NCBI GenBank assembly: GCA_051294375.1
Contig: CM119263.1
Span: 9,850,432 to 9,914,431 of the forward strand
Origin: Paraspadella gotoi
Lineage: Eukaryota; Animalia; Chaetognatha
Length of the DNA: 64,000 nt
Direction of reading: 5' to 3'
The position numbers and the translations under genes are program-made. The notes beneath the pieces are model-generated. The model was given only the letters and a program-made list of their open reading frames with translations, was not told where the DNA came from and made no database searches. Numbering within the stretch: the first letter of the stretch is position 1; each line of letters begins with the position of its first letter. Shown here piece after piece: positions 34,301 through 45,137 of this stretch.

Positions 34301-37300
34301 ATCAGGCTGTAACATCGAGTTACAGGCGGGTTAAGCGCCCCGTCCCTCTTAACTGCTAGGCGGCCACGGGGCTAGAACCCCGGACCTTTGGGTTGGGAGG
34401 CGAATGATTTGCCTTCGGCACCAATGGCGCTGATGAACGGTTGGTGGATTTTAGTCCACCATACTTTTAAGAGATTAAAAATATTTAGAATTTCTCAAGA
34501 CATGTCGTCTGGCATTGCCTAAGTTCACCCTGATAGGAGGGGTGAACTTACAGATATAATGATTTGCTTTCTCTTTGTCACGGTTGAGATTTATGAAAAA
34601 AAAAATATTTTTTTATTATATAAAATTGGACATGTTTTCACTTCAATTTGCGCTGACTTGTAATTAATTTTGAGAAAGGTTATAATTGTTTACATACAAA
34701 ACACTCTCTCTCTCAAATTTTAACTCGATAAAAATTCATTTCACACTTACTTTTATTACCGTGCTTATGAAGACTTACAACTAAGGCAAAACATGTCTGT
34801 TTTTTGTTTTAAATAAATACCGTTGTAAACAATAATAAAACCTTTCTTGCCTCAAACTAATCTTGTATTGGCGTTCGCGGTGGACAACGCAAGCATCGGC
34901 GTAGGGGGAGGACGGCTCGATGTCCGACGGCGGAGAATTTTGACATCTGAGTCAAGTTTTCCGATTCGCGACAGAACGATTAAGACGAAGAAAGTTAAAT
35001 TTTGAAAAGGTAAAAAAGGCTGGTAAAAAGCAACATGAAAACGCGACATTACTATATATAAGTCGTTTATTAATTATTTATTTATTTATTCCTCGTTTCC
35101 GTCTATCTCGAAAAAAACATTTAAAAAACGTCCAATTCTCGATCGTCGACTCCGGAAAAGTCAACCAAAAATAAGCAATTTTGAAATTAAAAACGAGGGG
35201 ACGAGATTAAGTTGAGTCCAACAGAAAGATGCATGCGTAATTATGCGTATTTATTTTTTTTTCTCACAGGTTTCGCTACCGAAAAACAGCAGATGCACCA
35301 ATTTTGACGCTTCATCTACACCAACTTATTAATCTTTGGAGGATTAATATCTATGCGGTGTGAAACTTGGCAATGCCCACTATATTTTATTTTTTATACA
35401 TAAATTTTTAAATACCAATTTCATATATGTATTTTTTTATAAATTTTCCTTTTTTTGACCAAACCTACACAGAATAACCCTAAAGACGAATATGACGAGT
35501 TTTTGTTTTGTTTTCAATGGATTTTCTAATGTAAATGATGCCTCCTAAAGAGCAATTAGAGTTGTGGCCGATTTTTATAGTGGATTCCCCTGTGACCAAA
35601 AGCAACATGATGAGATACAGAGAGCACCAAAAAAATACGAAATAAAGCGACTTTAAATACAAAAATATGTTAATAAATGTATATTTTTATTGCTCATTAT
35701 GTTTTTTGAGGCTGAATAGAAAAATAAATGAACATAACTTATCTTCAAAAAAATTAGTCTAGAAAATATTCAGTTTGAGTAACACTTCCGGTCCAGCAGC
35801 GTTAAAAACGCTACTTATGGTTTAGCTTTTAAACTAAAATTAAGTATAATAATTAAATATAATAATTCTGCACTAATTATTTTAATCAAATTTTTAAAAA
35901 AATTACAATTACAACTGGTTTCTATCATTTAACACAAATAATTTTATTATAAATCTAATACTTGACGCTCGTGGCACTGACGCTTCTGTAACACCCTAGG
36001 ATAATTTTTTTATCTTTTGAAACTAATACCAATAAATAGCCCATGAAAAGACAAATCGATAGACGTGCTCCTTCGAGGTCTACGAACATTTTTCCCGGTC
36101 AAAATGTAAAGTCCTGACGACCACTTATAATTCAATACGGCCCGTTCGGTCAGCGGGACCCGTCTCCGCTAGATCGAGGGGGTTCTTTCAAAAATTGAAT
36201 ATAATAAACGTCCAGGTAAATTGACTAATGACTATCGATAATTTTGTATAATTGAAACATTGAAATCTAGTCAGTCCAAAGGCAGGGGCAAGATAACTTA
36301 TCAAATGAAAATATAATTTTTAAATTGGATGTACCAATTTATAGCATAATTCATTCTCGGAAAATGGGCGTAATGCATTCTTGGAAAATGGGCGTAATGC
36401 ATACTTGAAAATGCATACTTGCATAATACCATTGTATACTTGCATAAGACCGTTGCATACTTGTATAATACTATTGAATAATAATACCATTGCCTACTTG
36501 CATCCTACCATTGCACAATGCATACGCTATAAATTGTAATTTATATAAAAACTCAGGGGGTGGAAAAAAATGAAACGAAAAGGACATATAAAATATAGAT
36601 GGCTTTCTGTACCGTCGTCGCAAATCTACGATGGCGACGTTAAAAACGATCAGGCTCCTTAATGACAACACAACATTAAAAAGCGTACCTTGTACTTGAC
36701 TCCAGTTCCAGACGTCATCATCATACGGCGCCGGACAGTGTCGATAGGATAGGACATCAGACCGGAAGTGACGGTCACGCCGTAGCCAAGGCAAAAGGAC
36801 AAAAGCAACCCGGCATCGGGCCCTAGTAGAATCGGCTTCAAGGAATCGTAAAGGCCAAAATACATCCCTCGATACACGAAGATTCCGACGCAGGAAATCA
36901 CGAAGCCTCGGTACAGGCCAACGATTCCATCCGACTTGAGGGTCTTGGTATAGACGTCGACGAGACCGTTGTATTGGCGTTTCCCGCTTTTGCCCTTTGC
37001 GTCGTTGGCGAGTCGGGTTCGGGCGTAGTCGAGGGAATACACGAACAGCAACGAGAGGGATCCCGCAAAGCCCCCAGAGAGGATATTGGCAGTGAATTTC
37101 ACGGGGTAACTGGAGTCCTTGGCAACATTGAACATGGCCTTGATCTGATCCTTGAAGGCGAAGTTAAGAGCTTGGGTCGGGAAATAGCGAAGACAGTTGG
37201 CCAAATTTCCGCGCCATAAAGGATAGACGCCTTCGGTCTTGATGGTTCGAAGTGTGCAATCGATGACTCCTTTGTACGGCTTATCCAACAGTCCTTGGCG

Positions 37301-37429
37301 AATCATTTCATCTTGATTTTGGACAAGCAATTTGATTCTTTCGATAGGGGCGGCGACAGTTTTGGAAACGACAGCGGCAGTGCCGGACAACGCGAAATTT
37401 TCCGCGAAGCCCAACTTTGCCTTCGACAT
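28322..37429 (-). CDS. ANT: Mitochondrial ADP/ATP carrier (adenine nucleotide translocase, SLC25), 299 aa, 2 exons
   Basis: Exon 1 37429-36689 ([41 protein letters not shown], signature RRRMMM) ends AAG|GTACGC. Exon 2 28480-28322 (GSIDCF...[21 protein letters not shown]...WRLG*) follows a T-tract and TAG. The intron is 8.2 kb. Confidence 0.96.
29016..29773 (-). mobile_element. HINE-like family B
   Basis: Same termini and body as 25835-26533. Confidence 0.65.
30451..31313 (-). mobile_element. HINE-like family B
   Basis: Same termini, with internal module duplications. Confidence 0.65.
31556..31773. mobile_element. Penelope-type inverted pLTR mini-insertion with hammerhead core
   Basis: ~87-bp near-perfect inverted arms. 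Minus strand reads CTGATGA-AGACTCT CAACCAC AGAGTC-GAAA-CATGTC. 13-bp TSD TCATATTTAAATC at 31543-31555 and 31774-31786. Confidence 0.8.
32095..33660 (+). mobile_element. Decayed DIRS1-like tyrosine-recombinase retrotransposon (RNase H C-terminus, N6-adenine MTase-like domain, YR)
   Basis: GC-rich island. Frames joined across frameshifts read ENLVTDAAS...DWHL...[10 protein letters not shown]...VDALAQIW...LPPPPFL..VIRKL...[12 protein letters not shown], then [65 protein letters not shown]. It has internal stops, and Cys occupies the catalytic Tyr position. Confidence 0.85.
33857..34463 (-). mobile_element. Complete miniature LTR retroelement (TRIM), 607 bp
   Basis: LTRs at 34463-34234 and 34048-33857. 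PBS TGGTGAGCCCGA (34232-34221), PPT GGGAGGGGGGGA (34062-34051), 185-bp non-coding interior, and CTTT duplicated on both flanks. Confidence 0.88.
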
Positions 37430-38057
37430 GGCTTAAGATTTTTTATTTATTATAGGAAAATGTTAAAAACTGCTTAAAAAAATATATGGTCTTTAAAGAT
37501 TCGAAAAGTTCGTAAATAGAAAACGAAAAAATCCAAAACAATTTAAAAGTGTGTATGATTTAAAAGTACAGTGTAATTTTAGGAGAGTAAATAGTCTATT
37601 TTAATCTTGCATTTCACATTAAATGCTTCTTATTTTAACAAAAATATTGTATCGAGTTATTTGGTTATGACAGCTGCTTGGTGAACCATAATTACTCTTC
37701 AGTGAAAAATCTACAAGTTAACCCATAACAGTTTCAGTAAAGTCACAGACTTAGGGGTAGTTCTAGCTGTCGTTTCGGACGTTGCTAACGAACACCTACT
37801 GTACACGCCTAGTGTACAGGCAAAAATTTTAACTCATTGACTACTGTGCACTAAGCCAAAATACCTTCTTTAAGGTAGATACCTCATAAGAGAATTGATA
37901 CTAATTTATTTTTTGTATATTTTTATGCCGATCCATGGAGAATGATGTCAATATTCGCATGCAAAAAACCGTTTTTAAATTCCTACACTGGTTTCTGAGA
38001 AATAGTACAAAACGTATGCATTAAAAGATAATTTTTTTCGGAATAAAATTTTGGACT

Positions 38058-38312
38058 TGTGGCGGTATATTCACACCGCCTCACGTCCACCATCCGTCAG
38101 CCAAATCCATTGGCTCAGAGGGGGAACACACCATCCCAGGCGTAGTGTTCCATCCACAGTCCTAACGACTTCCCTCTGCGTTGGCAAAGCGAGACCGTCC
38201 TAGGGTAACCGCGCCAGTGACTGGAGGCGTCACTGAGGGTCGGAAGCCCCCAAAGCCAACAGTGAGATGCCCCATCCCAATGGGCATCACAGGCAACCCG
38301 GCTGTTGCCATA
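38058..38312. mobile_element. 255-bp GC-rich solo-LTR-like element (second family)
   Basis: TGTGGC...GCCATA ends, 4-bp TSD GACT, near-identical inverted copy at 44142-44396. Confidence 0.75.
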
Positions 38313-38549
38313 GACTATCGATTTCTGACGCGCTAGTAAAAAATCTTAAGTATAGTGATCTCGCCAGTTTTTACTATCAAAGAATATTACCATAATCTAA
38401 TTTGCATATTGCAGTAAATCATAATTAAATGGAAATTCAAACAAAAAATATTTTAATTGATATGAAACAAAGAAAATGGACACAAATTTCAACTTCCTCA
38501 CTGCCTCACTAATGAAACTCGATAACTAGATAGTTAAAAGTCGAAAAAA

Positions 38550-38928
38550 TACTGCAAGTTAAAAAAATTATGTAAGTTAAAAAAATTATGTAAGTTATAT
38601 ACAAGTATAAACAATTATACAAGTATAAACAATTATACAAGTTAAAAAAATTATGCAAATTGAAAAAATTTTGCTAGTTGAAAATATTATGCAAATCGAA
38701 AAAAGTATGCAAATTGAAAAAGGATGCAAGTTGAGAAAATTATGCAAGTTAAAAAATAATGCAAGTTGAAAAAAATTATGCAAATTGAAAAAAATATGCA
38801 AGTTGAAAAAATTAAGCAAGTTGAAAAAATTATGCAAGTTAAACAATTATGCAAGTTAAAAAATTATGCAAGTTAAAAAATTATGCAAGTTTAAAAATTA
38901 TGCAAGTTTAAAAAAGTATGCAAGTTGG
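38550..38928. repeat. Degenerate 18-19-bp tandem array (AAAAATTATGCAAGTT...)n
   Basis: Directly visible. Confidence 0.85.
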
Positions 38929-39974
38929 CAAGATCAAAAGTGTGATGCCAACGACAACGACGACGACGACGTCACAAATCAGAAGCAACAGCGACGGAGA
39001 AAAAGAGAGAGAGAGAGCAACATATAATTAAAAGAGAGAGAGAGAAGCTGAACTCGTCCGGGAGCCTCGGAGGTAGCGCGAGCTCCTCCCAATCCAAAGG
39101 ACTCGGGTTCGCGCCCTGCTGATTCAAAAAAGAAAAGCAAAAAGAAAACTGAATAAAAATTTTTTTGTAAAAAAAAAAGGAGAGAGAGAGAGAAAGAGGG
39201 ATAGAGAGGGAGAGAGAGTGAGAAAGAGAGAGAGTTTTCCCACCAACGAGACGCATTATTAGGTCACTCTCGTTTATATCGGTTATCCGTTGCCTCGCAA
39301 CGGCGTCGTGAAATTGGGTCATGTTGATTTTTTTTTATACACTTAACGCGTTATTAGGTCATGTTCCTCGACATTGTTTACTTGTTGCCCCGCAACGACC
39401 ACGAAATCTAGGTTAAGTAAGTTATTGTATTTTGGGATTTTGTATTGAGATAAAATAATAAATGGAGATAATAAAAGTTTTTAGAAGGAAAAAAAATAAT
39501 CAGAATTTTTAAAAAAATGAACGATCACGCAAAAGATCATACAGAGAGAGACAGACACACAGAGAGAGACAAAGAGAGGGAGACACACAGAGAGACAGAG
39601 ATAGACCGCAAAACAATATATTTAGAACGTGATAGAAATAAAATTATAATCCCTATTAACAAAATATATAGTTGACAATACTCAGTTAACGACTATGATA
39701 TTTTTGATTTCCAAATATTTTTTTACCTATCAAAAAAAAATTTATTTTCTCTTTTAATAATTTTAATCTTGAATGAAATTTTGATTGTTCTTTTTTTAGG
39801 AAGAAACCAGACCGAGGTCAATTTTATATTTGCATATTGAATTAATTTATAAATAGTTAACAAAACTCAAATAATTATTATTTTAAAAAAAGATAAAAAT
39901 GATTTAATATATACATAAATTTTATACACCCAATTATTAATTAGTTAATTGTTAATAAACAGTTTAAAAAACTT

Positions 39975-40217
39975 TATTTGTTGTACATTCTGAAAATTGT
40001 AATATCTATATTTCTCTCTCCCTGTGTCTCTCTCTCTCTTCCCTCTCTCTCTTCCCTCTCTCCTCTCTCTCTCTCTCCCTCTCTTCTCTCCAATCTCTCT
40101 CACTACTGACCATTTCATTTTCCTATATCAAACAAAAATCTCTATCTGTCTCATTCTTAACCTGTCCTCACCACTGACCACTATTCTTTTTCTCAAACTC
40201 CTGTGTTGGAAACTTTG

Positions 40218-40264
<47 letters not shown>

Positions 40265-40420
40265 TCTTTCACACTTAAAAAATGATACAAATTTTCATAA
40301 TTCATGACGCTGAAGAAGCTTGGCACTAAAGCCGAAAAACATGTACCGATCTATTTAATAATAATAAAATTCGTTGCTTGAAACAAAAATTCATTTGCCT
40401 AAATATATACAAAAATATTT
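39975..40420 (+). mobile_element. Penelope-like 3' end remnant with degenerate hammerhead
   Basis: CT-rich tract, then CTGAAGA-AGCTT..AAGCC-GAAA..CATGTA and AATAAAATTCGTTG. Homologous to 52930-53282. Confidence 0.55.
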
Positions 40421-40799
40421 ATACATTTAATAATAGTACAAATTATCAGAATAACAAAAAAGTAATGTTTAATTTGACTATATCTCTCTTCTCGACTCCT
40501 ATTTTAGATATAATTTGCTAAAAGTGGGCCGACCGGTCCAAAGTTACAGTAATAAATAAAAAAAAAATTATTTTTTAGAAAATGATAATACATACATACA
40601 GGTATCGCCTCCTGTCACATTAGCTGATGCACATGGTGACATTGCATGTCAGTTATTTTTACTTTATCTAAAATGTAAACACGAAAATCTCGGATGTAAA
40701 TTTGGGATTTGTATTAAAAAATGGCGATAATAAGAGTTTTTAAAAGGAAAAATATATCCGAATTTTCAAAAAAACGAACGATCACGCAAGAGATCGTAC

Positions 40800-40813
40800 G
40801 AGAGAGAAGAAGA

Positions 40814-40853
<40 letters not shown>

Positions 40854-40938
40854 AAGAAGCTGAACTGACGCCGCAGTGCCGGAACTCGTTTACTCGTCGC
40901 CGAGTGACGGTGGTGAAAAAAAAGAGTACTAAAAAATT

Positions 40939-41027
<89 letters not shown>

Positions 41028-41046
41028 TGAGAGAGAGAGAGAGAAG
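40800..41046. repeat. (GA)n microsatellite inside a dispersed repeat
   Basis: Directly visible. Confidence 0.85.
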
Positions 41047-44000
41047 AAAGTTTTCCCGCCAACGATACGCAATATTAGGTCACTCTCGTTTATATCGGTT
41101 ATCCGTTGCCTAGCAACGGCGACGTGATCTCGGTCAAGTTGATTTTTTTTATACACGTAACGTTTCCGTTGCCTAATCAAAACGCGTCAAGTAAGATATT
41201 CATTAACATTTTTCCAAAAAATCCAGAAAATCTCGATGTAAATTGGGATTTTGTATTGGAAAAAAGGCAATAAATGGCGATAATAAAAGTTTTAGAAGGA
41301 AAAAAATAATCAGAATTTTTCAAAAAACGAACGACAGCATGAAGATCGTACGAGAAGAAGAGAGAAAGAGACAAAAAAGAGAAGCATTCGCAAACGCAGT
41401 GAGAAAGAGAAAATATAATAATATATATTTAAAGAAATAAAAGAAAGGCAAAAATATGTTACAATTGTTTACAATTGGAATTTTTCCAATTTTTTCCAAT
41501 CGCAGCTTGTAAAAGATTTATATTTATTTGTATTAAAATTAAGATATAGCTTCTCATTAAAAAAATCCTTTGAGTTCCCATTTTTATTAGAGATTTAAAA
41601 AAAATTTTTTGAATTTCATCTTCAATATTATATACTGCAATATGTAAATTAGATTAAAGCATTTCTATATACTAATTTGGATATTATAATGAGTACTATA
41701 ATCTCATTGCATATTGCAGTAAATCATAATGAAGTGAAATTCAAACAAAAAATACTTAAATCCAAATGTAATGAAGAAAATATCAAAGCTATTTTAAAGA
41801 TGAGAAGCCATATCTAAATTTTTACTTACTATGATGCACACTTTTGTAAACTTTATCATATTTCATAATTCATAATTCATAATAATTTTTATTTAAAAAA
41901 AAACGGTAAGTCACAGCCAAACCTATAAAAGCGTAGTAGTTTTTATATAAAAACAGCGTGACGGACGACGACGACTACGTCACAAAGAAGCAATCCTAAA
42001 ACATTATAGAGCCAGGACCAGGCGAAGCCTGTCCTGGCTCGATAAAAAGGGAAAACGTTTCGCTGATTTCTTCCAGCATAGGTAGTCATTATATATGGCG
42101 TGTAGTTATAAAAAGAATTTCATGTCTATAGATTACGGAAAATTTTTCCCATTGTCAAATTTTTGTATATTACTAATTTACCAGTGCAATGAAATGAAGT
42201 TATCCAGCTTCCCTGGAATTTTTATTTAAGATAGAAATTAAAAGGAAATCAATTTTTTAATAGACTTTTCCTCAGGTCTTTGTTTTAACTGATTACAAGT
42301 TTTTAAAAGTTTTTTTTTAATTCGCCCTTTTGTAGGGTATTGCACAAAAATTGTAAAAATACTGATTTTTTTCATGCGATGTTTTAAACCTTATATTAGG
42401 CCTAACGAAGTGTACTTTAATCGTTAATTCAAAGTTTGACTTTTAAATATTTGATTTACGCCAACTGATTTACGTCAATTTGGATATACGTTTCTGCCTC
42501 CTTACTACTCAGGATATTCAACCAAAATTTTGAAAAACGCTTTTTTTCTAATTAAGAATACATTGTAGTATTGGATTCAGATTTGATTTCTTTTTTTTTA
42601 CGTGTTGTTGGCGCTGGTAGCGTAAAAACTACGCCAAAACGTATTATTTCCTAATTACATATGTGGCGTTAATGATTTTTCCAAAAAAAATTTTAAAATA
42701 TATCAAATTAAATAATTGTAAATGTTTATATTTAAATTTGGAAAAGAATTGTGGCGTAAAATGGCGTGAAATGAAGGTAAAACCGTTTAATATGTTATTT
42801 ATATAAGTTTCATACATATGGATGATTCATAGGCTTAATATACAGTAGGAAAGATGATATAAAATGACTATCGCCAGAACTGCTGCTGGCGCATTTTTGC
42901 GCATCATTTTTGCGCATCAAGAATGATCAATTTGTTTGAGAGAAAAATCCATTTGCATCTCCTGTAACCAGAGGTTTTGCGAGGAAGCCTAGTTTTGCGC
43001 TACAATAAAAAGAATATTGCTTTTTGTACTATTCCAATATTTTTCTTATTTGAAAGATTCTTTTTCGGTTTTAGTTAAACTTAACCTTACAGTATCTAGA
43101 TTTAAAAAAAATTTTTCTTTTTAGTATTTTCCATACAGTAACTATTTCAAAAGGCCTTGTTTTTGGAATCAAATTCCCTATTATTTGGCCGCATAGGATA
43201 ATAATAAAAATTTCGTCGAATACTGCTAATCCCTACCTTTTGCCCCCAAGCGTTACCTCACTTCCCGAATGAATTTTTAAAGGTTTTTTTTTTCGTCTAT
43301 TCGAGACATAAGACTAACTTACTAGTTTATCGATTCACACAATCTACTTTGCGTAATCAGCGAAACGTTTAGCGTGTCAAAAAAATAAGGTAAAAAAATA
43401 GTAACACGTTCTGACAAATTTAAAAAACGATGGAGGAATCTATTTCAGGGCTAAATTTACGAACAAAAGTAGTAGGAGGCGTATTCCAGGATAAACTCAT
43501 ATTTTAGGAGCTGACGTCGTTCCTAGAGATCGAGGAAGATTTTTTCAATGGAGATTTTCGTTTAAATCTGACTACCAAACAATATAAACGCTCCTGGGAA
43601 AAATTCTGCTAAAAAATTGATGTAAAAACACTTGATTCCGGATCCTGTTGTATCTGAAGGGCTCGCATTTTTTTCCTCTTGTCAAATCATCAACATCTTG
43701 ATATCAAACAAGCCAGAACAAATAGACTGCTTCTTTACGAAAAAATTTTCCATCTTTGATTTTATATAGAAATGAAAGGGATTTTTGCCCTTCAAGACAA
43801 TATAAACGTGATTGAGATAAGTTCCGGTTTTACAAATGACTTCAAAGTCTGGAATCCTCTGGCAAAGTGTCTGAAGGGCTCTCAAAATTTTCCTTTACAT
43901 TTTATTTAGTCATTTTAATATGATACGATCATGGTAAAGTGAATTAGTCAATTTTGGTGAAATTTTTATTTAAAGTAAAAGTAAAAGAGGAGCTAACGAT

Positions 44001-44141
44001 CGGAATTCTAAGAGTTTTCAACCGGGAAAAATCTTCTTTGGCGAAAATCTTCCAAAGAAGGGGTGGATTTTCCAAAGATTTTTGTTAATATTTTCTATAT
44101 TTATGGACGGATTTTTTTAAAACTTACAAAAAGCAATATTG

Positions 44142-44396
44142 TATGGCAACAGCCGGGTTGCCTGTGATGCCCATTGGGATGGGGCATCTCACTGTTGGCT
44201 TTGGGGGCTTCCGACCCTCAGTGACGCCTCCAGTCACTGGCGCGGTTACCCTAGGACGGTCTCGCTTTGCCAACGCAGAGGGAAGTCGTTAGGACTGTGG
44301 ATGGAACACTACGCCTGGGATGGTGTGTTCCCCCTCTGAGCCAATGGAATTGGCTGACGGATGGTGGACGTGAGGCGGTGTGAATATACCGCCACA
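44142..44396. mobile_element. 255-bp GC-rich solo-LTR-like element (second family, inverted copy)
   Basis: TATGGC...GCCACA ends, 4-bp TSD ATTG. Confidence 0.75.
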
Positions 44397-44967
44397 ATTG
44401 CCATTATTCTACATTGGCCGGTATATATTAAAAAAACTTCTGGCTTTTTTAGTCAGAGCTTAGTCCTACATATTTACTAAGGACGACAACTCTAGCAACC
44501 TTTTAGTTTTTTATGTTTGAAACTAAAAACGAAATTTTTGTAAATATGCATGGCTATAATTCGTACATAACAAAAGCGATCCAAATAGTAAGAAAAGATT
44601 CTGGATAAATACTAATTTCCTACAGTGGCATTCATCAAGAGCTTCTTAGACGGCAAGTGCTATAACTCCTATTGTATAGTATATCTATACTCTATAGTAT
44701 ATACTATATAGTATGTATATAGTATAGTTATGGTTATTTAAGCGGGCTTTCTCACGAAAATACTCTTCTTTATCGCGAGGCCCTCTTCGGTAAGCTCAAT
44801 TGTCACTTTTGGGACATAGCAACTTAAGTTAAAAATATAGGCTATATAGGGTCATCACTCACCAGGGTTCGACCCACAATATTTTTTTAAGATCAATGCT
44901 CTTTTTCGCTACGCAAATATTAAAAAAAAATTTACCTAAATTTAAGCTTTTACAGGGACTTCAACTA

Positions 44968-45137
44968 AACCGTTCAATATAAGCAGTCCCTGAGCTTCGG
45001 ATCAGGCTGTAACACCGTGTTACAGGCGGGTTAAGCGCCCCGTTCCTCTTAACTGCGAGGCGACCACCGGGCTAGAACCCTGAACCTTTGGGTTGGGAGG
45101 CGAATGATTAACGGTTGGTGGATTTTAGTCCACCATA
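44968..45137 (-). mobile_element. Truncated LTR of the TRIM family
   Basis: Matches AACCGTTCAATATAAGCAGTCCC...GTCCACCATA with an internal deletion. Confidence 0.8.

Noticed and set aside
34425-34463. CTGATGA in the TRIM LTR as a hammerhead (retrozyme)
   Set aside because: No downstream GAAA core, and the motif reads TTGATGA in the 17220 copy.
36659-36688. ORF-track C-terminus VRFLMLCCH of ANT
   Set aside because: Intron read-through; the true C-terminus is in exon 28480-28322.
40721-41180. RE/SL-repeat and Phe-rich ORFs (also 13213, 19425, 25990, 30772, 53291)
   Set aside because: Translations of GA/CT microsatellites and dispersed repeats.
38058-44396. One 6.3-kb transposon with 255-bp TIRs
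   Set aside because: Each copy has its own distinct 4-bp TSD, so these are independent insertions.
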